DNA from: Eledone cirrhosa
Taxonomy: Eukaryota
Length of the DNA stretch: 64,000 nt
NCBI GenBank assembly: GCA_964016885.1
Contig: OZ024741.1
Coordinates: 136,462,001-136,526,000 of the forward strand
Direction: 5' to 3'
Below, piece after piece: positions 1 to 11,094 of the stretch (its first letter is position 1; each line of letters starts with the position of its first letter). The notes under the pieces were generated by a model. That model had not been told where the DNA came from. It saw nothing but the letters and a program-made list of their open reading frames with translations, and ran no database searches. A program made the translations under genes and the position numbers.

Positions 1-282
1 TGTTATTAAACCATGCTGTGACCACACTGTATAGGATATATACAATTTCTTTGCTATTCTACCATGCTGTGACCACACTGTCTAGGATATATACAATTTC
101 TTTGCTATTCTACCATGCTGTGACCACACTGTCTAGGATATATACAATTTCTTTGCTATCCTACCATGCTGTGACCACACTGTCTAGGATATATACAATT
201 TCTTTGCTATTCTACCATGCTGCGACCACACTGTCTAGGATATATACAATTTCTTTGTTATTAAACCATGCTGCGACCACAC
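1..282. repeat. 51-bp minisatellite, about 5.5 copies, runs off the left edge
   Basis: The motif ccatgctg(t/c)gaccacact recurs at 11, 62, 113, 164, 215 and 267. This explains the 17-aa periodic ORF 18..332. Confidence 0.95.
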
Positions 283-785
283 TAAGATACAGATATATTA
301 CTATAGAAGTAAATATATTTGGTGTTATATAAAATCGAAAATTATAACAAATTTAGAAAATTGTCTAATTGTTCTGCCATGCTAAACAAGTTAGTTAAGG
401 CGTAGTTAATCTATTTACTTGATTTGGGTTCAGCAACATCTTTAAGGAATGTGAGCTGACTTTAAATTATCTAATTCTAATAATTCAATGTTTCGATATG
501 ATCGATGATGCCACATATACATCAATCGATATTTGACAAGCATACGATTTACGTTCTACTACGTTTGTCTCTGCTTTGAATTGTTTATAGTAATTAGTAA
601 TGCAACATGTTGAATAAGCAATGCCGTCAGGGTCTCGGAATAAATCATTGATGAGATTAATTCCAGTTCTCTGCACTTTCGTTCAAATTCTACCAAGGTC
701 AACTTTGCCTTCCATCATTTCGAGATCGATAAATAAAGTACCAGCTTCAATACTGGGTGGAATTTTCCTCCATATATATTTCCCA

Positions 786-816
<31 letters not shown>

Positions 817-824
817 GCTCTCTA

Positions 825-912
<88 letters not shown>

Positions 913-942
913 TATACATATATATATATGTGAGTGTGTGTG

Positions 943-1131
943 TATCCCGGCTTCAATCGGGGGTCATCACAGTAAGTAAAGTACTCAATACATAGCAGAG
1001 TATACATTTTTAATATAGAAATGGCTTCTACAAGGACTAAAATTGTTTCATTCGACGGAAATCATCAGGGCTTTCCTGGTGATTTCCTTCGAATGAAACA
1101 GTTCTAGTCCTGTAGAAGCCATTTCTATATT
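943..1131. mobile_element. Fold-back mini-element family A, copy 1, with HHR motif in both arms
   Basis: Inverted arms ~1012-1070 / 1074-1131 plus a ~65-nt one-sided tail. Homologous to 8794-8988 and 45514-45685. The - arm has CTGATGA; the + arm has CTGGTGA...GAAACAG...CTGTA-GAAGCC. Confidence 0.8.
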
Positions 1132-1144
1132 GAATATATATGTG

Positions 1145-1182
<38 letters not shown>

Positions 1183-1696
1183 ATGGGTGCGTGCGCGCGT
1201 GTGTGAGTGTGAGGGAGAGAGAGAGACAGAGACAGGGAGAAAACGAGTGAAAGAAATAGAGATGTACCTATTCCAAAACATTTAAACGTATATGTTTTCC
1301 GGAACATCAATTGTCGTCCGGTTTATTCTACCATATTTAAACATTGCCTTATATTTATTTACAGAAAAAACTTCAATATTTATTTAATAAATCAACCAAA
1401 AATATGTTGTTTTACTGTCATTCTTGTTGATATGTATAAATATTTGACTGTTTTCTTTTTCAATAACTGATTAGCAACTCTACGAGTTTCCTACTCTCTT
1501 TTTTTTTTTGCCCTATTTTCTGTGTTTGTTTGTTTGTTCTTTTTCCTATTCTCCTGTTTCTTCTTTCTCCAACACATCCTCTCATCTTTCTGTTATCTCA
1601 ATATTTCGAAAAACTTTCAGACTTTTTCTAATTCTATTAAGCGTTGTATCAATATATACTAATATGCCATTATTACTATATTGTGATAGGATTAAT

Positions 1697-2291
1697 GGTG
1701 GATTGGTAGTATCGGTAGAGAGTCGGACACCATAGAGTTACGGCCCTTTACGATATGAGTTCAAATCCCGCCGAGGTTAACTTTTCCTTTCAGCCTTACG
1801 GGGTCGATAAAATAAAATACCAGTAATGCACTGGGATAATTGCTGGCCTTGTGCCAAAAGTAGAAACAATTATTATATTGCGATGTTGGATTGGCAATAT
1901 CGGTAAAACGTTGGACACCATGCTTTGCAGCATAGAATTATGGCCCTTTATGACCTGAGTTCAAATCCCGCGAGGTTACCTTTGCCTTTCATCCTTATGA
2001 TGTAGATAAAATAAAGTACCAGTAACGCAATGGGGTAATTGCTGACCTTGTGCTAAAAGTAGAAATAATTATATTGTGATGTTGGATTGATAGTATCGGT
2101 AAAACGTCGGAGACTATGCTTTGTAGCATTCAGTTACGGCCCTTTATGTTCTAAGTTCAAATCCCGCCGAGGTTAGCTTTGCTTTTCATCCTTACGGGGT
2201 CTATAAAATAGAGTACCAGTAATGCACTGGGGTCGATTTAATCGACTTTCCCCTACCACAAATTTGCTGGCATTCGGCCTAAATCAGAAAT
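1697..2291 (+). mobile_element. Three tandem tRNA-derived Meta-domain SINE copies
   Basis: Each ~190-nt unit has an A-box-like tggNagtatcggta, a B-box gagttcaaatccc and a central ttgcctttcatccttacggggtcgataaaataaagtaccag resembling the MetaSINE domain. Confidence 0.85.
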
Positions 2292-2334
2292 CATTATATT
2301 GTGATGTTGCTTTTCTACTGTTATTTTTTACATG

Positions 2335-2371
<37 letters not shown>

Positions 2372-2374
<3 letters not shown>

Positions 2375-2519
2375 AAGAGGAAGACCAAGGTTAACGTATG
2401 TTGATGCCCTAAGGACAGACACTGGTCTGTTGGAGATGCAGGACATGGCAGCGATAATGAGGGACAGAGACCGCTGGAGAGAACTCGTCCATGGATCTCG
2501 GGAATTTTACCCGCCTTAG
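2372..2519 (+). mobile_element. 3' end of an RTE-like LINE ORF
   Basis: Translates as RRGRPRLTYVDALRTD...MRDRDRWRELV, the GRP..T(W/Y).D / DR..WR C-terminal pattern of RTE-type LINEs. Confidence 0.65.
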
Positions 2520-2541
2520 ATATATATATATATATATATAT

Positions 2542-2950
2542 AAATTAATAAAATCAATGAAATAAACACAAAGAACAAGTTACTTATATTAAAAAATTCA
2601 TCATTTTACGATCGTTTCTGGGATGTATATGTATGTTGGTATGTATATCATATAGATCTATGTAAAAATATTACAAATTAACAGAGGAAATATACATACC
2701 TTCACATATACATGCCGTCCTCAGAAAAGATATATATGATATACATGATATATATGATATACATACCAACACACATATACATCCCAGAAACGATCGTAAA
2801 ATGATGAATTTATCTTGACTCTGTACTCCTATGATTTTTATCGTAAATTTTTGAATGCATCTTCTCTTTTCATATCTTCTATATTTGGATTACATTGAGT
2901 TCTTCATACGGATTGGACACTACCGTATATTTTGGTAGATTTATCTACAT
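2542..2950. mobile_element. Fold-back element (family C) with a long-stem-II HHR on the - strand at 2604-2728
   Basis: Inverted arms ~2594-2652 / ~2752-2811 between (TA)n tracts. The - strand reads ttt CTGAGGA [long hairpin] GAAA CGATCG TA aaa. Confidence 0.7.
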
Positions 2951-3163
2951 ATATATATATATATATATATCATAGATTGAGTTAGAAACTCAAAATAGTC
3001 TTTTACAATTAAATAGCTCAAAGAAGGGAATCTTTCTGAGCCGTCTAATATAATTGAATATATGAGAGGGATGAACAACTATATAAGTATACATGTGTTC
3101 CAATTGCAAATTAGTATTTTTTCAACCTAGCTAACTTGGTCATTTGCAATTGGAATACATGTA

Positions 3164-3242
<79 letters not shown>

Positions 3243-3925
3243 TCTGTTCGCTTTAACGCCTCTTGTAAAATATTATTAAATATTCTCTTTGCGCAAATAA
3301 CGCGCTATAACGCGTGTGGATTTTAATGTTTTCTTAATCACAAATATATATATATATAATTCTTCTATAGAAACTTATAGTAACAGAAACTTATATGTAC
3401 GTATGTATATAATATGTGATGTTATATTTGAGGTTGTTGTTTATACCTGAAAATGAAGGTAACGTATCAGAATAGCAAGATATTATAAATACAAATGTTT
3501 TAATGATTCTTAATACTCCTCTACTTAGGTCTTTTATCAGTTGACTCGTGTTATGTCACAAAACCGAACCATGTACCAATGGCTTATATAAGAGGTATAG
3601 TAAACTGAGCACTAGTTGCAGTAGTTTCCCTCTCTCCTACAGCACATTCTATACATTACTATAATTACTATAGAAATTTTGTTTGTCTCTTTGTTCCTAT
3701 CGTTTATTTTTTTTTATTATATTTTATTATATATATATATATATTGTAATTTTCATTAATATGGTTATATTACAGCCTACGTGTTGCCAATAAATAACAT
3801 TTATATCTCATCTGCTCAAACTCACCTGCACATATCCATATGTGCCTACTCAGAAATGCATTATAAATTCTATTGTACACAATGAAACAGTACTAGTCCT
3901 ATAGAAATCAATTTTTTTTAAATAA

Positions 3926-4040
<115 letters not shown>

Positions 4041-4200
4041 AAAGTATGTGTTCCTGCATGTAAATAATACACATAGGGATTGGGATCTGAAACCACGGTA
4101 AAGGCACATATAGTAAGTACAGTGAATTTTTTGAAATTTATTTTAAAATGTTTTCTTTATTTGCTTTTCCTTGATTTTATATATATATATATATATATAT

Positions 4201-4537
4201 TAGAAAGTGAGGTTTTTTTTACAAAATGAAAATAACCGAGGTGTCCTACACGAGTGAAGGTATAAAGAAAAAGAGATGAAATCGAAAATGCAACTGGAGT
4301 CTTATTTTAAAAAAATATATATATATTTATTTGGTTCCTTTACCGGTTTCGCAGTTCTTCTGCTTTTCAAAAGGTGAGTTGAGATGGAGGGTCTGTGGTT
4401 TAAAAACCACAGACCCTCCATCTCAACTCACCTTTTGAAAAGCAGAAGAACTGCGAAACCGGTAAAGGAACCAAATAAATATATATATATTTTTTTAAAA
4501 TAAGACTCCAGTTGCATTTTCGATTTCATCTCTTTTT

Positions 4538-4544
<7 letters not shown>
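4201..4544. mobile_element. Fold-back mini-element family B, copy 1, with U3-A8 HHR in both arms
   Basis: Near-perfect palindrome 4261-4544 with apex ~4401 and a 60-nt left tail, flanked by (TA)n on both sides. HHR on + at 4431-4468 and on - at 4337-4374. Confidence 0.85.
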
Positions 4545-4591
<47 letters not shown>

Positions 4592-5393
4592 TTCAAGGGT
4601 AACCAATCTTAAAGAGAGAGATGGAGATAGTAGAGGAGATATGAGAGGAGAGATTGGTGAGTTAGTTAGAAGCCAAAGCGTAAAGGCATGTGCTCAATGT
4701 GCAATATGCAGTAGAAAGCAGCTACGTGGTTGGGTTCATGCAGAATTTAGGTGGGCAGAGCTGGAAATATTCATTAGTTAAGCAAAACAAGACCACAAAC
4801 TTCACAAGGAAGACATTATTAAAAGATTGTCAACATATTTTAGTTTGATGTAAGGAATGTAGAGAATAATAATAATAATATTAATAATAATAATGTCCGT
4901 TTACAATTGTTTCGCTGCTCCATATAATATTTCTGGATCAGATGATTATATATCATAATTGATCTGGTTCAGTTGAAAATAATTAACATATTTAAAAAAC
5001 AGAGTGGCTCATCGGAACTCAAAGGAATATAAATTAAAATAATGGGATAATGTTACATAATATAATGTTCCATATATTGGTTTTTACTATGGTGTCTTGG
5101 TTGCATCAGCTGTCATCCATAATCAAGCAGTATTCATCTGTCGAGGCTGCATTGTGTGAGATCTGCCTATGGGTAACAAGATGGCTGCCAAAGGGCATAT
5201 TTACCTTACTAATTAGAGGGTGGTTTCAGGGGAAGTAACTTCTCGAGAGATTAGAGATTGTGAGTATTTATAGTTAAGTGCTAGTTTTAAAATTTTTTTA
5301 ATTGAGAGACAATGTAGGGGAGGTAACTTATAATTATCGAGTTGTTCATAGCAATTTAACTTATTAGCTACAAGTAGAAATGGAGCTACATGA

Positions 5394-6350
5394 CTAAGTT
5401 GGGTCAAAAACTCTATTGGCGAAGGAATTAGCCCTTCGATGTTGACAGCTAATGGTTAACTCCGTTCTATCGTTAATCGGTAGAGGTCGTGATAGAGTTA
5501 TGTAATATGCTTCCGTAACACAGAGATCACAAGATTTTCTTCGTCTATTAAACGGTTGGGCCCTAGCCACGATATCCCATTTTAGTGAGTGTTGAACGTT
5601 GTTTAATTTAAGGTTTTTAATGAGCCTAGCTAGCGATGTCGAACATCTGTTGCTAGGGTCTCGGAAGGAAAACGAGTGAGCGTTATAGCGTACCTTAAAA
5701 GGGTTAGAGGTAGACCCGATATAAGAGCTGGTATTCGAAGCAGTCTCAACCGTGCACCTATAGACTATGTTGGGTGTCAGGCAGTGTCCATTTAATGGGC
5801 ATGCATTGGGGTAACGGCAGTTGCAGTTGCTTCTGCGGTTAGTGAGAGTAGGGTTGTTTAACCTAAGCAGTAGGTCCGTGCTAGAAGGATTAGAAGGGGG
5901 AGGTGTGCTACTAGAGTCATTATTGGTGTAGTGGCGTGGTGTATTTGATAGGGGTGGTGGTACCGCGGTGTGGGAGTTATACTGTCTTAGCTTATGATGG
6001 TTACTGAACGCGATGTGGCTAGCTAGGTTAGGTGTTGTGGAGAATGAGATTTTAATGTTATTTTTATTAAAGAGTTTGTAATATCTATGGTTGGGGGGGA
6101 AGTGTTTGTATAGGATAGAGAAGAAGCGTTTGGGGATATTAGTGGCTAGATTAGATGAGAATGGTGGGTTGAGCCAGGTGATATTTCTAGGTCTATTCCT
6201 TCTAGGGGTTCTAGTGGAGTTGGTAGGGGTCTTCCTATGGTTATTATTACCTGGGGATTTGTTATTTGTCATCCCATTTCTCATTCCTATTCTAGGGTTG
6301 ATTTTTAGTTTGCTACTTGGAGTGGGGAGCAGGCCGCTGCCACCATTAAA
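5394..6350 (-). CDS. PLE ORF C-terminal part: linker plus GIY-YIG endonuclease (5'-truncated)
   Basis: WLNPPFS...KHFP..H..KLFN linker, CNC..CPLNGHCL Cys motif, IVYRC...YIGST (GIY-YIG), FK.RY..H, and C-terminal CDLCVTE. Confidence 0.85.
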   Translation of the reverse strand, partial: FNGGSGLLPTPSSKLKINPRIGMRNGMTNNKSPGNNNHRKTPTNSTRTPRRNRPRNITWLNPPFSSNLATNIPKRFFSILYKHFPPNHRYYKLFNKNNIKISFSTTPNLASHIAFSNHHKLRQYNSHTAVPPPLSNTPRHYTNNDSSSTPPPSNPSSTDLLLRLNNPTLTNRRSNCNCRYPNACPLNGHCLTPNIVYRCTVETASNTSSYIGSTSNPFKVRYNAHSFSFRDPSNRCSTSLARLIKNLKLNNVQHSLKWDIVARAQPFNRRRKSCDLCVTEAYYITLSRPLPINDRTELTISCQHRRANSFANRVFDPT

Positions 6351-6355
6351 TCTCA

Positions 6356-7658
6356 ACAATTGATCTCACCAATAACCTTTATAACTCTTACCATAAACCA
6401 GGTGAAATACTCACATATATTAGCCCACACTCTAATTACCCACCGGCAGTCATCAGAGCAGTAATCAAATCTATCTCCTATAGGATCTCAATGCTATCAG
6501 CAAATGAAGAGATATGTATAAACCACGCCCAATATTATAATAAGTCTCTCTCTGAATCTGGTTATAAACAATCAATTTATTACATACCTAAATGCCATAA
6601 CACAGCAACTCACCATAATAAACTTAACACTAGAACTAGAAATACCTTAGCATATAGCCAGATTCGCCGGAATTTTAGCAGTAACAGCACCTATACAGGG
6701 AACTTTAATGGTGGCAGCGGCCTGCTCCCCAGTCCAAGTAGCAAACTAAAAATCAACCCTAGAATAGGAATGAGAAATGGGATGACAAATAACAAATCCC
6801 CAGGTAATAATAACCCTAGGAAGGCCCATACCAACTCCACTAGAACCCCTAGAAAGAATAGACCTAGAAATATCACCTGGCTCAACCCACCATTCTCATC
6901 TAATCTAGCCACTAATATCCCCAAACACTTCTTCTCTATCCTATCCAAACACTTCCCCCAACCATAGATATTACAAACTCTTTAATAAAAATAACATTAA
7001 AATCTCATTCTCCACAACACCTAACCTAGCTAGCCACATCGCGTTCAGTAACCATCATAAGCTAAGACAATATAACTCCCACACCGCGGTACCACCACCC
7101 CTATCAAATACACCACGCCACTACACCAATAATGACTCTAGTAGCACACCTCCCCCTTCTAATCCTTCTAGCACGGACCTACTGCTTAGGTTAAACAACC
7201 CTACTCTCACTAACCGCAGAAGCAACTGCAACTGCCGTTACCCCAATGCATGCCCATTAAATGGACACTGCCTGACACCCAACATAGTCTATAGGTGCAC
7301 GGTTGAGACTGCTTCGAATACCAGCTCTTATATCGGGTCTACCTCTAACCCTTTTAAGGTACGCTATAACGCGCACTCGTTTTCCTTCCGAGACCCTAGC
7401 AACAGATGTTCGACATCGCTAGCTAGGCTCATTAAAAACCTTAAATTAAACAACGTTCAACACTCACTAAAATGGGATATCGTGGCTAGGGCCCAACCGT
7501 TCAATAGACGAAGAAAATCTTATGATCTCTGTGTTACGGAAGCATATTACATAACTCTATCACGACCTCTACCGATTAACGATAGAACGGAGGTAACCAT
7601 TAGCTGTCAACATCGAAGGGCTAATTCCTTCGCCAATAGAGTTTTTGACCCAACTTAG
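6356..7658 (+). pseudogene. PLE ORF, RT thumb to GIY-YIG, with a frameshift near 6955-6960
   Basis: The frame from ~6356 reads TIDLTNNLYNSYHKP...SNYPP...RISMLSANEE...LSESGY (RT C-terminus). A poly-C run is 5 nt here versus 7 nt in the other arm, which shifts the frame. Stop at 7656-7658. Confidence 0.85.
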
Positions 7659-8033
7659 TCATGTAGCCCCATTTCTACTTGTAGCTAATAAGTTAAATTG
7701 CTATGAACAACTCGATAATTATAAGTTACCTCCCCTACATTGTCTCTCAATTAAAAAAATTTTAAAACTAGCACTTAACTATAAATACTCACAATCTCTA
7801 ATCTCTCGAGAAGTTACTTCCCCTGAAACCACCCTCTAATTAGTAAGGTAAATATGCCCTTTGGCAGCCATCTTGTTACCCATAGGCAGATCTCACACAA
7901 TGCAGCCTCGACAGATGAATACTGCTTGATTATGGCTGACAGCTGATGCAACCAAGACACCATAGTAAAAACCAATATATGGAACATTATATTATGTAAC
8001 ATTATCCCATTATTTTAATTTATATTCCTTTGA

Positions 8034-8153
8034 GTTCCGATGAGCCACTCTGTTTTTTAAATATGTTAATTATTTTCAACTGAACCAGATCAATTATGAT
8101 ATATAGTCATCTGATCCAGAAATATTATATGGAGTAGCGAAACAATTGTAAAC
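8034..8153 (+). ncRNA. HHR-like motif in the PLE 3' region (mirror copy on - at 4899-5018)
   Basis: gtt CCGATGA gccactc [81-nt loop] gagtagc GAAA caattg TA aac. Confidence 0.6.
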
Positions 8154-8493
8154 GGACATTATTATTATTAATATTATTATTATTATTCTCTACATTCCTT
8201 ACATCAAACTAAAATATGTTGACAATCTTTTAATAATGTCTTCCTTGTGAAGTTTGTGGTCTTGTTTTGCTTAACTAATGAATATATATATATATATATA
8301 TAAAGGGAGTAAGGTTCTATACAAAACAGAGGTTATAGAGAAAAAATAGAATTAGAAACATCACGAAAAATATATTTAAAGGATCTGTTTTTCTTTTGTT
8401 CTTCTTTGATCCGTCAAAGCGACCTTATTGAAAAGTTGAGAGGAACATTTTTTTTTTTTTTAAAGGAGTTTTATACTCTATGTAAAATATATA

Positions 8494-8543
8494 GAATATA
8501 ACTGGTTTCGATGTATCAGTGTAATCCATCTTATCAAATGTTC
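8494..8543 (-). ncRNA. HHR-like motif, U3-A8 variant
   Basis: gaacat TTGATAA gatg-gattacactgata-catc GAAA ccag TT atattc. Confidence 0.55.
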
Positions 8544-8673
8544 AATATTATATTTAAAAAGAATTAAAAATTAAAACTTTTAAATAAAATGTTGAAGGTC
8601 TGTTAATTTTTCTTGTTGAGAAGAAGAGTGGCTCTAAAGGGGAACGTTATATAGAGAGAGGGAGGGGTAGTCA

Positions 8674-8714
<41 letters not shown>

Positions 8715-8793
8715 TTTATGTCTTTTCACAGAACTAAATTATTTTTAGGGAGAGGACATTTTTCTGTATATATATGTGTGTGTATCTCAATAA

Positions 8794-8988
8794 TGTTTAA
8801 TATAGAAATGGCTTCTACAGGACTAGAAATGTTTCTTTCGAAGGAAATCATCAGGTAAGCTTTCCTAATGATTTCCTTCGAATGAAACAGTGCTAGTCGT
8901 TTAGAAGCCCTGTCTATATTAAACACCGTATATACTCTATGTATTGACTTTACTTACTGTGGTTACCCCCCGATTGAACCCGGGATAC
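8794..8988. mobile_element. Fold-back family A, copy 2 (opposite orientation)
   Basis: Arms ~8794-8856 / 8863-8925 with the tail on the right, ending ...gaacccgggatac. The - arm carries CTGATGA tttc cttc gaaa GAAA. Confidence 0.8.
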
Positions 8989-10997
8989 ACACACACACAC
9001 ACTCATCGCTAGTACAGCTGTTAAAACAGCTAAATGCTCTCAAAGACAGTGATGGGAAAAAATGCACCAGTGGTCAGAGACCAGCGGCCTGTGGTCAACA
9101 GAGAGACAATCCACAAGGTAGGCGACAGGCAGATCAAATTTAGTAAATATTGAAAGAGGACAAGGACAAGGAGAAGTGCGCTGGCTCACAGAAGTAAGTG
9201 GAATAAGGAAATAAAGAAACTTTACTTTCTCGTCGTGTAACAGAATAAGATCGGATCTATTCTCTTTGGATTTATATTCCACAGTCACATTAATTTTTCA
9301 GTGCCATATTTCTCATAAAAGGTGTAACATTTAAAAAATAATCAAGAATTTTGATGAATTTAGTAATATAACTCATCTCCTCGTAATTAAGATGGTGTTT
9401 GGTACATAATTTAACAAAGCATCTTACTTAAAATTATGAGGGAATGTTTATAGATACATATATACATTTTCTAACTAAGAATTTTATATCATAGAACAGG
9501 TGGTGGTTTCAGCTAGTTTCGTCTCAAAAGAGTTAAATATTATGCATTATTTCACAGCCCTTTACAATCTTCTTAAACTCTACATGTTCCACTGAACTCC
9601 ATTCACACAAATATTTCGCTTCATTGTCCAACTTCTATTCTACAGATGCAACGAAAACATGAACAAGAACGATCTCTTTGGTGGTTAAAAAATTTAAAAT
9701 TCAAAATCTACGTTTACTCTTATATATAGATAACGGTTTTCGATTCATCTTTTCATTATTACATTGCTATTGCAAGAATCTTGTAGAATCTTCCGCTTCA
9801 TGTCTTTAAAATACCTATATATATATATATATATTATATATATATATAATAGCTTTCTATAGCCTTCACAGGAGTGGTTTAGGCAATACTGAACACATTT
9901 TGCACGCCTTTAAAATGCAATCATCCCCAACATTCCGCTTGTTTTCTACGCCACTGAAGACAATAATGATAGTGGACACAAATAGGCATATATGCACATG
10001 CACATACGCACACACACGCACACAAACATACACACATAGACATATGCATCCATACACACACATAAATATGTGTATGTATGTATATATATATATACACTAA
10101 CATATATATACTAATATAATGTGTTTATAATTGCAAATGAGAAAATATTTTTTTAAAGGTGCAGACACGGCCGTGTGGTTAAGGTGTGTGATTCGAAACC
10201 ATGTGGTTCTGTTTTCGGTCCCACTGCACGATAGCTTAGACTCGACCAATGCCCTTTGATTGCAATTTGGTAGACTGAAACTACAGAATCCCGAAAAATA
10301 AGACAATATATACTTCCAATACATATTTCTACAAAGATGAGCAAAAATAAATAAAGTAAAACGAAAATGGTAAAAAGCCTTGCTCAAGTTCCATTATTCG
10401 TATATAGATATATCTGTATATTAAAATCTGGGCATTGACTCAAGTAATTAATTATTAGTTATTCTCATTCTTGTGTCATCAGAGAATTTATGTGCTATAC
10501 ACGTATATATCACGTATATATCACTTATGTATATATGTATATATATATGCATATACTTATATATATATATATATGTGTGTGTATGTGTGTGTCAATGTTT
10601 ACGTTTGCGTCTGTGTTTATGCCCTGTAACTTAGCGAATCCACAAAAGTGATAGATAAAATAGGTACCAGATAAAAAGAAAAAAAATTACTGGAGTCGTC
10701 GTGAGCGACTAAAATCCTTTTAAGGCGATGCACCAACATGTCCACATTCTAAGGAGTGAAACGGTAGGAGAAAGAAGAAACGATTAACTCTACTACATTA
10801 TTCTTCAACTACATCCTAGTGGATATTTTTGGATTCCTCAACATACTGGAACCCACTTATACCAATAGTATATACTTATACAAAAGAATATTTTCTAAAA
10901 TTTTAAATCCATATAATATTAAAATTTCCTATAACAAAGATTATTACATTTTCTTATGTACAGAAATTATTAATGTTCTCTGTCGTTCTTCTCTCTC

Positions 10998-11094
<97 letters not shown>

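Larger units (their letters stand above)
4588..8285. mobile_element. Penelope-like retroelement, 5'-truncated, with inverted arms (possibly Naiad-type)
   Basis: Nearly identical inverted arms 4767-6350 and 6704-8285, a 353-bp spacer and an extra ~180-nt tail on the left. Flanked by (TA)n. Encodes RT thumb, linker and GIY-YIG. Confidence 0.9.

Noticed and set aside
18-332. 104-aa periodic ORF, or a CRISPR-like array
   Set aside because: A pure 51-bp minisatellite with no unique spacers, in eukaryotic context.
1697-1770. tRNA-like A/B boxes
   Set aside because: SINE heads without a cloverleaf; not tRNA genes.
9030-9193. Purine-rich stretch ending in gtaagt, possible exon
   Set aside because: All three frames contain stops before the donor and the acceptor is weak.
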